Shown in pieces: positions 34,929 to 47,579 of a stretch of 64,000 nucleotides of DNA. Both the position numbers and the translations under genes were made by a program. The notes below the pieces were generated by a model, which ran no database searches, was not told the origin of the DNA, and saw only the letters and a list, made by a program, of their open reading frames with translations. The stretch comes from Geosiphon pyriformis uo1. Lineage: Eukaryota > Fungi > Glomeromycota. The stretch is taken from contig JAAOMT010000523.1 in NCBI GenBank assembly GCA_016748015.1, positions 1,351,595 through 1,415,594 on the forward strand. Direction: 5' to 3'. Each line of letters starts with the position of its first letter. Position 1 is the first letter of the stretch.

Positions 34929-37693
34929 ATGCTTACTTTAACTGAAACATCTTCCCCCTTCAAACATACCGCTTGCTCTGAGCATTACCGCACTTCCCCT
35001 ATTTTGTCTATGGACAAAAAGATGCTTCCGAGCAACAACCAAACAATTACCACAATTAACTGCCAGAATAACTCTGCAAGGTGGGGAGGATTTCATTTTG
35101 ATTTTAATTGATCAAGGTTACACCTACACTTTGAAGTAAATCTATCTTGGTATTTGAATAAGTTTCTAATTGATCAATATTTTTAGGTCAGGGCTATCAT
35201 CCGCTTTTAAAAGGCGATCTATTGGCTCTTTGCAACCTGTGATAGGCTTAGGATCAGCCCCTTCTGGTACCAAGACACCAACGGCAGCAGGAGCATCATC
35301 ACCATCATCAACTTTATCAACAGCAGCAGTAACAGAAGCTTCCAATAAGCCCTCAAGTAAATTAAAAAGGTCATCTTCGTCGTCATCATCGAAACCTAAT
35401 AGATCTCAGAGTTCGACATCTAGCTTGGGCAATACTTCAAGGCCTTCCTCGCCAGCAAACCCAAAGGTTACTTCTCCAATTTCTACTCCTCAGAAGGAAA
35501 GTGGCACATTATATTCAAGTATCGACTCCTTGGATATTCTATCCGGGAGTCATAGTGGCCGCAAATCTTCTATATCGTTGAATCTCTTCAAACCTTCATT
35601 ATCAGAAAGTGATAAAGAAGCACCGGCTTTCACTATTACTGACAAGCCAGCTCCATGTACGCCAACTTCTTCAAATTCAGAGCAACCCTCGGCCGATTAT
35701 TTTAGTCGGCCTATAAAGCCTCCATGTCTTTTAAACAAACCAACCAAAAGTCCTAATTATGAAGCAGGGACTCCAGAACCTGAAGAAATGGACGATGACG
35801 AATTGAATGATGATGAGATTGATAGTTTCTTCAATTCATCTGATTCTCCATGTTCGATGCCTTTGACACCTTTCGCTAATCAAGTTGGTGGGCACACGTC
35901 CTTTTTTCGCTTTTCTAAAAAAGCTGTATGCAAGCCTTTATGCCGAAGGGAGCAGGAATTTTACGAAGTTTTAGAGACTCAACATTTGGAGCTTTTACCC
36001 TTCGTACCTCAATATCTTGGAGTTTTGAACGTCACATATAGATCTCTCGAGAATGGGCAAAGCATGCCAGAAGTAGTCTTTGAACAAAACAAGCATATAC
36101 TACCAAAATGGATGCTTGGCAAAGTAAAAGGTGGGGACGAAAATCGTGAATATGGAAAAGGCTCTACACGGGTTAATAAGAAATTACAAGAGCAAGTACT
36201 TCGTGAAGTATTCTCCCCTCATGCGATAAAGTCTCGAATACGTCAGGTTCGAGCATTACAAAAAGAACCTTCTATGAAAAGAAGGCATTCTATGCTTACC
36301 ATGGCATCGTTGTTGAGGCCGGACAATAATAATACCACAGAATTATCCCGTAGCTTTACAGAGATCGGTATTTCTTCACATAAGAAACCCCAAAATAATC
36401 GTTCTATCTCATGTTCTAAAATGAATCTTGAAGAAAAATGCGAATCCGAGGATTTATCATCTGAATCGTATGATCATTTTCCAACATCAAAGGATTTCGA
36501 CATTAGTCCTAATAAATCGGAAATAGCTTCTGTATTTAGTAAGGATGAAATAAGTTCTCTGGCTCCATCTTCAAGATATCCTCGAATGCCGATAGGAACT
36601 TCTCAACATCTTAACGATCAAATTGAAAATGAAGAGCTTCATCATCTCCCTAATTCAACGAACAATACTTGGTCGAAGGTCAAGACAAATAATCCATGGT
36701 CGCTTCATTGTTTCACGACCCAATTGACAAAATTGCAAAAGTCGAATAATTCGAGCGCAAACCAGCTTCAACAGTTTCTCCTTTTAGAAGATCTGACGGG
36801 TGGGTTAAAAAATCCATGCGTTTTGGATTTAAAAATGGGAACTCGACAGCATGGGATTGACGCGACCCCTGAGAAACGGAAGAGTCAAATGAAAAAATGT
36901 GCCAAAACCACCAGTAAAACTTTGGGTGTACGGATCTGCGGAATGCAGGCAAGTCTCTGAATTTTTTTACATTAAGTAAGGGTAAAGGTTGGGTCTGGCA
37001 CCTACTGAACGTGGATTTTGTTCCCTAAAAGACATCTGTGCGCAAAGTTGGGCCTGCATTCCACCTCGAAGTTTATTGAACGTGCATTTTGCCCGAGGAA
37101 AGGCACTTGCTCAAGAGTTGGACTCTAGCCCTTGACCACTGATCCCCATTTATATTCAGTAATTTTTTTCCTTAACTTACTTTAAATTTTTTTGTTTTTG
37201 AAAATAGGTATACAAGATAACCGAGCAAGAATTTGAATTTCAAGACAAATATTATGGACGATTATTGACTCCAAATACATTTCACGACGCTCTAGCCAAT
37301 TTTCTGCATAACGGGGAAGTTCTTCTAGTTCATCAGATACCGATCTTAGTGAGGAAGTTGCGTCGATTGGCCAAAATTATCCGTGGATTGGATGGATATC
37401 GTTTCTATGCCAGTAGTTTGTTACTTATTTACGATGGGGATATTCAGAATCCGCGGGAAATCGATATAAGGATAATAGATTTTGCTCACTGCACGAGCGG
37501 GAATGATTACGCACCCGAGGACATCCATTACTCCCCCTCACATTCAGGTTTTGATGCCGGCTATCTTTTGGGTGTGAAAAATTTAGTAAAGTCATTTGAA
37601 TTAATATACCGTGATCATACTGGTATATTGTTGAAGGATAATACCGAGGGAGATGTGTTTAGCGACATAAGAGATGATGACTTATCCGAGTGA
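34929..37693 (+). CDS. KCS1: Inositol hexakisphosphate kinase (KCS1/IP6K family); exons 34929-35080, 35187-36948, 37208-37693; ~799 aa
   Basis: IPK motifs QVGGHT, REQEFYE..FVPQYLG, LLLEDLT..PCVLDLKMG (PxxxDxKxG), GVRICGMQ|VY..DKYYGR, FYASSLLLIYDG, IIDFAH. Intron 1 is 35081-35186 (GT-AG, phase 2). Intron 2 is 36949-37207 (GC-AG, phase 0). Total CDS 2400 nt, in frame. The start ATG is less certain. Confidence 0.93.
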
Positions 37694-40492
37694 ATGAGCG
37701 AGTGAGTGAGTAAAAACGCGTGGGAAAACTCAAAGGAGGTTGATGGTGTAGACCCATTTGGCAGTGAGACCTCCTTGCCGTTCGCTTGGGGAAGTATTTT
37801 GATCCATTCTAGTACTTTGTACCTAATACATATTCTTAACTTTGAGCCGAGGATCGGCGGAGAATGTTAGGAAATTGGAAAGTTTCTTATTAAAGATTTT
37901 ACACAGACAGAAAGACATTTTCAATTAGCACCTTTTGATCGCATCTACCTTTTAATTTCTCTCCTTTCTTGTACATCCTTGCCCTTTTCTTATTTCTTTT
38001 TTCTTGTGAAAATTGATTTTTTGAGTAAATAATTTGCTAGCTGATAGTTTCTATTACGAGTTGTACATATTTTTCTAAAAATTTATTAGATTAATTAACT
38101 TTATTAATCTATAATTCACACTTGTGTATTCTTTAGCAGAATTATGTGATAAAAATTTACACTGATAAATTGGTTAAATTCGAAAGTTGTTTTTTCACAC
38201 ACAAAAAACATAATAATATGTTGTTATAATTTTGTATAAATATAATTTATAAAATATATGCATTTGACCAATAATTATATTAAATTTAATAATTTAATTT
38301 GTGATTCGGATGCTGATCGAAGAAAAGTCTAGTGACTTACGATTTTAGGCTATTCGATGAATATCACTTTTACTGAATATTACACAATGGGACAGAAGTT
38401 CTCTAAATATATTTTTATACATGACGTAAGCAAAAAATATGTATATTAATGTATTAATTTTGTTATTATTTCAAAAATTTTTTGGTTAACTTCAATATCT
38501 TTTTATGAAAATTAATTTGGTTTTTTAATATGATTTTATATGTTAATATATACATTAAATAAAACTTGTATTGCAAACAAAAAATTTTTAACTTAAAAAT
38601 ATTGTATTATTTATTTTAATTAATATTAAAAACTTTATTTTATTTTGAACTTTTTAAAAGAAATCAACCATTTATTTTGGCAAAAAAACTTTGTTTATTG
38701 GCGAATAAAAATTTGTTAAATATTATATAATAAAATCTTAATTATTAAATTTAATAAAATATGTATATTTTTTATATATAATATTAAAATTAATATATAA
38801 TTAATTATTTAAACTTATTAAAATTTTTTTTAGATTAAATAAAGAAAACAAAATTTTGTGCATCTATTTTGTTAATACAACAATTTAAATAATTAATTAC
38901 AAATAATTTAATTTTTTATTATCTTTAATAAAAAAATCTAAAATATAATTAAATTATTAAAAGTGTTTTTATTTAAAAAAAATTCATATTATTATTTATG
39001 TTTTTATTATTTAAATAATTAAAAACAAAAATATTTAAAAAAAAAATCAAAAGTTTTTGAAAAAAGTTTTTTACTATTTAATATGATAAATTCGTTTCTG
39101 GCCACTGGTGCTTTTGTTGATGATACTATCTAAGTTGATAGCAGCCAGACTGCTACACAACACATCCTCAATGTTGCTAGTGATTTTTTTCATTTAAATG
39201 ACATTTCAATAAACAATAACAAGACTGTGGCCATTCCTATTAACTGTCAGGTCACTGCTTCTTATCTGACTATCAGTGGTCTACCAATTTCCATCGCTAA
39301 AAAAGATGAATCTCATCATTATCTGGGGATTTTTTTGTCTTCTGAAGGTTTTTTGAAGCTTAGCTTGGTTAAAACGCATTCAGATGTTTGGTTTTTTGTC
39401 AATCTCATTTTAAGAAAAGTTATTTCAGATAAACAGTTTGCCTATTTGGTGTCTTCAATTCTCTTTCCAATTGTCAGCTACAGAACTCAGTTCAGTTTTA
39501 TTCCTCTCAGTATGTGTAATAAATGGGACACTTTGATTTGCAAGAGCCTGAAATCCAAATCTGGACTGCCTCTGGACTTTCCCAATGATGCGCTTCATCA
39601 TCCTTCCTTGTACAATTTAAAAACTTTTGAGCAGATTCAGGCTGAGAGCAAGTCAGCTTCTGTCATTGCTTTTGCGAATTTGGTTGGTGTTTTAGGTCGC
39701 TTGTTTTCTCATAGGTCTCACGATCTCCAGATTCTCAGCTGGCATTCTTGTTACTCTTTGTTGTTTCCTGTTTGTGTTAGAGTCAGCCCTTCAAACAACT
39801 TTTTGGCAGATGTGGTTTGTATTTTTTCTGGGTGTGATTTATCTTTGGGTGGCTCTCTGGCCAACGCTTTTTGTCTTTGGAGTGGTACTCCTATGTCTCT
39901 AGTTCTCGGCAAAACAATTTTCTTCAAATGTGTCTCTTTCCTTAGACATTATGGTATTGCTTTTGTAGAACAGCTTTGTGACCAGAATGGCATTGTTTTT
40001 GATTAGAAGACTTTCAAGCATTGGAAAAGACTAGACCCTCGTGGTCCAGTCCCCTCCTGGTTTGATCTCTCTGTTTGTTTTCTTGGTGGTGTTGCTTTTC
40101 CTATTGGTCATTTTTCTCATGTGGGTGTTGGTGGCTCTTCTGACATCCGTCAGTCTTTTGGTTTTGGTGTTATTTGTAATGATCTGTTGAATATTGGTGC
40201 TGTCCGCCTCTCTGTGTACACAGATGGATCTCTGAGTAACTTGGGCATTGTTAATATGTTGACTGGTGCTGTGGTTTTCTTTGAAGACATTGATTTGGGT
40301 CTGGGTGTAGAGATTTCTGGTTTGGTTTCTTCTACTTTGGCAAAGTTGCAGACCATTGCTTTAGCTCTTGAGTGTGTTTCTTTTTTTCATTTGGTTGATT
40401 TGTTCTCGGACAGCCAGGTGGCTATTGATGCTTGCAGGTCAGAGTCATTATCGGCTAGTCCTGATTTCAGGAATCATTGTTGAATTGAGCAT

Positions 40493-41397
40493 TGTTATAG
40501 GTGATTATTTCTGCTATGGAATTAAATAACAACTCTGTAACTTGGTGCTCAAAAGCTATCTTGATTTCTATTAATGTTGGTATTGGTAATCTGAAGGTTT
40601 TGATATCTGAAGGTTTTGGGTTGAGTTTTTTGTATAATAAACAGAGATTCTATTGTAATTGTAATAGTCTTCAAAATCACAATTCCGTCCAATTTCTTTC
40701 TCAGCGTAGAGACTGGATTTATTCTGGTAGTTCTGTCCTTCTGGTAAGCTATCTGATAATAAATAAAATTCTACTCTTATTTCTGGGTCTTTTACCAGGC
40801 TATCCATGATGTCAATAACTTAGTGCTTTTAATCCTTAATCAATTAATATAAAACAACAAAGCAAAAACAGAAAAAAAAAGAAAAGAAAGAAAGCAAATA
40901 ATATAAAATAAAGCAAATAAGCCAAGGCGATTCTAATTCATATCCCGTCAATAGCCATGATCAAGAGCTATTGTTCCAGTATGGTTAAGTATCAGTTACT
41001 ATCAACACTTCATGTTGATAGTAAAAAAGAAATTTGATATAGTGAATAATTATTTTATTTGAAGATTGTGGTAACTAAGCTAAGAATTCTTGGTGTCAAT
41101 TCTGTTTTTTTCTGCTTTTAACACTACTACTATATATACATATTTGAGATTCTTTAATTTCTCAATTCCTTGCAACAAGAATCCTGGAATTCCTGGAATC
41201 CTGTGATTCCTGATGAAAAGAATCCTGCGATTCTGGAATCCTGTGATTTCTTGTTAGAGAATTCTGAAATTCCTGGAATCCTGCAATTCCTCTAAGAGGA
41301 ATCTTGGAATTTCACATTTACTATGTCTACATCCTATTGGCTAATATCTACTGACTAATAATAATAATACTATATTTCCTATATTCTATGAGTAACA
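40493..41397 (-). repeat. 3' LTR of A2
   Basis: TGTTATAG...AGTAACA; direct repeat of 49834-50738. Confidence 0.97.
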
Positions 41398-41410
41398 TTA
41401 TTCCTTTCTT

Positions 41411-42069
41411 TTAATATTGAGCTCCACTGAAATCTAATTCTTTTAATTCTCCCTCTTGAAGTATTTCCTGAATTTTGTTTTCGAAAATTACTTCTGTTAT
41501 TTGAGTCTGTAATTTTTCAAATTGAGCCTTGGTAATTTTTCCCAATTGATTACTGGTAACTATATCTATTGCTTTGTTGAATAGGATTTCTGGTCGATCC
41601 TGAAATGCTGTATGTATCCAGTATATAGTTCGAGCTTGTATAGATAAGTTGTTTTTTTCCACAAAATGTTCTAGTTGTTGTAGTATTGTTGTGTCAAATA
41701 ACCACTTTGTTTTATTCATATATAAGTTCTGAATATTCACATGTTGTTCCAAGTAAAAATAACAATAATTTTTTGGAAATTGTTGTGTCCACCAAGTCCA
41801 AGTTTCTCTGATAAGTTCTTGGTGTAATCTGACTATTTGTTGTTCTTTTATGGCCAATTTTATTTTGGTCATAATCTTGTTGACAACATTTTTAAGTTTT
41901 TTCTGTGCTTTGTTTTGTGGTATCTTTGCTGTATTTTTGTAATAAATGGTTTGTTAATTGATTGTAATTTTCATCTCCTGGTGTTAGATTAATTGAAAGA
42001 TTTGTAGGCTAGTGAATGGATATTGTCTGTAATTTCTATTTTTCTGATCTTTTCTGTCGCGTCAACCAT
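41411..42069 (-). pseudogene. ORF3 of A2 (~220 aa, unknown function)
   Basis: ATG at 42069 (MVDATEKIRKIEITDNIHSLA..); the C-terminal 153 aa are open (41411-41872) and end LDFSGAQY*. Confidence 0.8.
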
Positions 42070-42094
42070 GTTTTTATATATTTTTTTGTCAATC

Positions 42095-43475
42095 AATTGG
42101 ACGTGTTGTTGTCAATGATAATGATTGGTTCCAAATCTCGTGGAATCTCATCTGGTTAGACTAGTATTCTCTGTACTTCTAATTGTGGAATATTATTGAT
42201 AGATGATGATACTATATGGTGGTATAATTTCAGTCGATCTCCATGTGCTGTTTTGGTCAAGATTTTGTTATTCAACCTTAATTTGTAAGCTCTATTTCCT
42301 AGAATTTCTTCTATGTGAAATGATCTGTCCCATTTGAGGTCAAATTTTCCACTCCATTGTTTTTCCACTTTGGTATAATGTAGTAGTACTTTGTCTCCAA
42401 TCCTGAATTCAACTGGTTTATCTGGTAGTTGGTTATTATGTCTTTTTTTTTGTTTCTCTTGTGACTTTTGTATGTTATCAGCTGCTCTTTGTCATTTGTT
42501 TTTTAATGTTTCTCTTAAGTCATATGTTCTTCTCAACAATGTGTTTTTGAAATTCTCTTCTGTTATTGGTTCGGTTGGGTATGTGCTAACTTCTATTTCC
42601 ACTGGTAGTGTTGCTGTTCTATCATATACTAATTCAAATGATGTTGCTTGTGTAGTATCTTGCTTTATTGTCCGATAAGCAAATAGTACTAATGGTATCA
42701 ACAAATTCCAATCATTCTGGTTTTCTTGGCTGAGTTTAGCTATTGTTTCACACAATGTTCTGTTGAATCTTTCGACTAATCCATTGGTTTGTGAATGGTA
42801 TAATAATAATAATGGTCTCTTAATTCCGAATCTTTGGCTCAATTCTGTTAATGTTCTGTTCACAAAATGAGTTTCTTGATTTGAAAGTAATTCTTTTGGA
42901 CATCCATGTTGACAGATCAAATTTTGATGAACAAATTTGGCAATGGATTCTGCATCCGCTCTTTGAATTGCTTTTGCCTCTGGCCATTTAGTGAAATAGT
43001 CCATGGCTACTGCTATGTACTTGTTTCCTCCGCTGGTGATTGTTAATGGTCTGACTAAATTAATTCCAACACAGTCAAATGGTTGTCTCATTTTGATTGG
43101 TCTTAATGGTTTACTGGGTTTTGTACCTTCTCTTTGCTGACAAGCATCATAATTTTGAACATATTGAATGATGTCTGGATATATTGATGGCCAATAGTAT
43201 TTTTTTCTGGTTCTTTCTATGGTTGTTTTTTTGTGAAAGTGTCCTGCTGTTGGATTTGCATGCATGTTGAATAATATTGTCTCTTTTTCTGGCTCTGTAA
43301 TTACTCTGGTTGGTTGCTTTAGATCTCTTCTATTTTTCCAATACAGTATGTTTTGGTAAGTGATAAAATATTTTGATTGTTGTTTAATACTCTTTTGTTT
43401 TGTTTGAGATAAATTCTCCTTGAACTGTTGAGTGTTTATATAATGTTGCAGTTGTTGATATTTTTGTATGTTCAT
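42095..43475 (-). pseudogene. Integrase of A2
   Basis: HANPTAGHF..DACQ, DYFTKWPEA, GLVERFNRTL, GPF-type C-terminal domain. Confidence 0.93.
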
Positions 43476-43537
43476 TTTTTGTTATATTTTTCATTGGTAT
43501 TGTTCTGGTTTTGTTATATTTTTGGGTTGAAATGTTT

Positions 43538-44900
43538 TTAGATTTGTCTTATTTGTGACAAACTGTCAGCATTTCTGTTGTCTTTTCTTTTTTTATAATG
43601 TATAGTATAATTATATGGTGCGAGTGCTATTTTCCATTTTGACTGTCTTCCATTTCCAAATTCTTGTTTTTGAAGTAATGTTAGTCCTTTGTGATCTGTG
43701 TATATTTCAAACTTCTGGCTCAAGTATTCTTTCCATTTCATGACTGCTCAGTATATTGCTAAGTGTTTTTGTTCCAGTGTTTCATAGTTCTTTTTGGCTG
43801 GTGTTAAACCTCTACTAGCATATGCTACTCAATGTTCTCTGCTGTCTGGTCCTCTCTAAGATAATACTGCTCTCAATGCTTGGCCAGATACATCAGTAGT
43901 GATGATGAATGGTTTGCTGTGATCTGAATAGATCAGTACTGGAGTTTGAATGAGCTTTTTTTTCAGAATATCAAAAGCTTCTTGTTAACTTTCTGTCCAT
44001 TCATATTTTGTATTCTTGGTTTGCAGTTGGTTAAGAGGCTGCACTATCTTGGAGAAGTTTTTGATAAAATGCCAATAGTAGCTGGCAAATTCCAAGAATA
44101 ATTTCAGTTCTGTCATATTGGTTGGCATTAGAGAGTTCTTTACTATCTCTATTATCATTGGATCCGTTTTAATGCTGTCTTTGCTAACTATGTGTTTCAA
44201 GAATTTTAGTTCTGTCTTGCCAAAGAAGCACTTTGTTGCATTTAACTTTAGTCCTGCTATTTTTAGTCTTTCGAACACTTATTGAAGATAATGAAAATAA
44301 TCATCAAATGTTTTTGAGAATACATTGGTGTTGTCCAAATATACAACTACTGATTTCCACAATAAACTGGTGTAAATGATTTCCATTAGCCATTGGAAAG
44401 TTGTTGGGGCATTGGTTAAGCCAAATGGCATTATTTCAAATTCAAAATTCCCCTCTCTAGTAGTGAATGCCATTTTCTCTTTGTCAGCTAGATCCATGGC
44501 TACTTGCCAGTAACCACTGTTCAGATCTAATGTTGAAAACCATTTGTTTCCACCGAAAGTGTCGAATAATTCTTGGATCTGTGGCGTGGGGTAACTATCT
44601 CCACGAGTTATTCCATTGAGTTTTCTATAATCTACACAAAAGCGAATTTTCTCATTCTTTTTCCAGATGAGTATCACTGGTGATAACCATGGGCTCATTG
44701 ATAGCTAAATTAGCCCATTGTCAAGCATTCAGTTTATCTCTTAATGGATAATCTTATGGCTGGCTGGTGGTACTCTGTATGCTCTTTGTTTAATTGGCAT
44801 TGCATCTTCAGTCTTAATCTAATGCTGGATGATGTCAGTTTGGCCAAACTCATTTTTGCTGGCAAAAATGTCGTTGAAATTGTTAAGCAACATCTTAAGT
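43538..44900 (-). pseudogene. RT and RNase H of A2
   Basis: RFCVDYRKLN, LDLNSGYWQV, MPFGLTNAP, YLDN, IYTDHKGL, NADSLS. Confidence 0.95.
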
Positions 44901-45369
44901 TGCATACATTGGAGTGGATCTAAGTTTCCCATGTTCATTTGTTCCAACTGTTCTGGTTGGAGCAAATAACATTTGTTTCATCCATATATTGTTTGTGATA
45001 TGATATCAACATATTCACAAAGCTGTGGAAAGTCTGGAATAGTGCTTAGTGGTTGATCCTCTATTTCTGTGGTCAAATATCCAATGATGATTCCTTCTGA
45101 TATATTAACAACATTTCTGGTGTTGTTGTAGATGGGAATTTTGATGTGGTTATAGTTCTTGGCTGGTATGTGGAGATTGATGAGTCCAACTTTTCCTAAT
45201 TCACAAAGACTTGCTTCTGCTTCAAAAATTTGTGCTTGGTCTTTTACCTCCCTCTTTATTGTTATCATGTACTGGTTATATGATAGAATAGAAATTGCTT
45301 GACTGGTTGAGATAATTTCTCCTTGGCCAACCATTTTTTCTTCTGCCATATTGACTGGCACATCTATTC

Positions 45370-45790
45370 TACCTGTTGATCCAAATCTCTGTATTCCTCT
45401 CGCTGTTATTCCTAATTCCTTCCTCTTTCCCACTAATACTAACTGAGCTACTCTAACCAGAGGCAGGAATATTGCCTGTGCTATCTTTTTGTTAAGCTCT
45501 ATTATATAGGCTTTTTCTGAGTTATTTTGTAGCATAGTGATGATATTTCCTACATATCCCATGTCAATTATTCCCCCTCTAATGTTTATTCCTCTTTTCA
45601 CTAAACTACTCCTAGATGCTAATTGAATTATTGTTGTTGCTAGAATTTCCAGTGCTACTTTCAGATCAATACAGATGTGTGAATGTGGTTCCAATTTGAT
45701 GGCCTTTTTTTCTGGATATCTCAGATCAAATCTTGCATTAGTATCATGCACTTGTTCTGGCATGATACCTTTGTTATTATCACTAAACCA
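45370..45790 (-). CDS. dUTPase domain of A2
   Basis: ARFDL, SRSSLVKRG, GGIIDMGYVG, KIAQ, RGIQRFGSTG. Confidence 0.92.
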
Positions 45791-46029
45791 TTTAAGTTCT
45801 TGGTTTTTGGTGAGGTCAGAAAGTGTAATATATTGTTCGGGATCTGAATCGGAGTTTGAATCTGAGTTTATACCATTGTTATTGTTATTGCCATTTTAAC
45901 TGAAGCTTGAACTGTTGTTATTGTTATCGTCGTCAGAGTTTGAAGTGCAATTAATTGGTGATTCTGATTTCGATGTGCAGCTGCTGATTGGTTCTTCTTC
46001 CTCTGAGATTATGTAGATTATGCGTGGTG

Positions 46030-46660
46030 GTAGATTGTAGATAGGGTTACACTCATCACAATACTGAAAGTCACATGAGATCAAACAGTAGTTACATAGT
46101 CGGGTGTTTATCTCTTCCAAGCATTGCTCCTGTTTCTTTTTCATGAGTGCTAATTGTTAGTAGTGCTCATAGAATTCCTCTGGATTGTCTTTAATGTCAC
46201 CGAAAGCATTGAAGGTTTGGACATATTTAGGCTCAGGTAAAGATAGTGGGTTGTTTTTAATTTCTCTTAGCTCCTCTGTTGTAGCGCCTTTTGACATAGC
46301 ATATGCCATTCTCCAGATTTTATTTTCATCATGTGGGTATTCTTCTAGATGTCTTAATGCTTGTTTCCAGGCGTTGTCAATGGGCATTCCCTTTCATACC
46401 CAGTCATTGATTAGGATTGTGTATTGGCATGTCTCATCGCATGCTTTTCCTCTTCCAGGAATGTCTTTTCACATTCCTTTATTTAAGAAAGTATCTCCAC
46501 AAGCTAAACACAAGGTGCCATCCCATTTTCCTATTTTTGGTGGTTGTCCATCACGTTCGAGGACACATGGGCAACAGTAATATTTGGTTGTGATGGACTA
46601 TTTCTTATCTTTGTTGCAACATGCGCCCATTAATGACAATTTCTTGCCACAATTGATGCA
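46030..46660 (-). other. Cys-rich domain of A2
   Basis: CINC..CC..YCCPC..CLAC..C..C, then CNYCLISCDFQYCDEC. Confidence 0.7.
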
Positions 46661-47019
46661 CACTAGCTTGAGTCGACAGTATTGAGCTGGGAGTTGGCAA
46701 GTGTATGAGACATAAGTTGACTCATTGGCTAGTGTTGGCTCTTCTTCTCGTTCCTTCCCTTTTCCTTTTTTTTCCCAACTCCATTCAGTGGTTGGTTTGC
46801 TCTGGCTGTCATTACTCCATGCTCCTAGGTTTGGCTCTCAAGCAAGTTCTTTTTCTTCCTTCTTCTTTCCCTTGTTATCTCATGAGAGTATGGGTAGTAG
46901 TTTGTTGTGGTTGACATCGGCCCAGGAAACTTGGTAAGCTTCCCAGATAGGTTTTTTTTTCTTCTCCTCCAGTTTGATCAATAGTTTCTCTCTTGAAAGA
47001 GTCTTGAAGTGGCCACACA

Positions 47020-47380
47020 TGGCTGGTACACATATGTGTTGGCCCTAATATGTTAGCTGGAGTTCCTGGGTGTTTCAGTCTAACATTGCATTGACTTGGA
47101 ATAGCCAGTCATTACTAACGAGAGCTTAGTATTGGGTGGCTTCTATCACTAAAACTTTAATGGAAGTCACGATGTTGTTGATTTTGAAAGAGAAGTCATT
47201 GATTTTGCTGATTGGAGTTTTGGTCACTCCATCAGTGGTGATAATTCTGGTACTGGCAGTTCAGTCAACTTGGCGACCTAATTAATTCATAAGTTGTTGT
47301 GTGATGATGTTATCTGCTGAACCACTGTCAAGGATCAATTTGATGAATTGTCTTTCAACTTTGGCATTAGTGTACATCGC
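47020..47380 (-). pseudogene. Aspartic protease of A2
   Basis: KLILDSGSADNII, ALVSNDWL. Confidence 0.92.
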
Positions 47381-47579
47381 AATGATCAGTTTGGCTTCAA
47401 GAGTGGCTCCACTAAATAATGGTGTTGCAGTTGTTTCCTCGAATTTGAATGAGAAGATAGCAGCCAAGAACTCGTCTTCAGTGATGATAGCAGGTGGGAT
47501 ATTACTGGTAAGTAGTTGTTTTTGGGCAAATACTGGATTATTGGCTGAGGCATCTTTTGGAGTGACCAGAAGACTTAAA

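Noticed and set aside
35170-36960. 596-aa single-exon ORF as the complete gene
   Set aside because: Its TTG start lies in intron 1 and its stop in intron 2; the kinase needs exon 3 (SSLL, IDFAH).
36976-37150. TPP riboswitch or snoRNA in IP6K intron 2
   Set aside because: No CUGAGA/ACCUGAU TPP core, no C box, and no convincing terminal ACA box; only a generic stem is supportable.
40501-40809. 102-aa antisense ORF present in both A2 LTRs (also 49842-50150) and a 78-aa sense ORF at 40571-40807
   Set aside because: The duplication is explained by the LTR pair. The starts are GTG or a non-conserved ATG, and the frames are not kept in A1/A3 LTRs.
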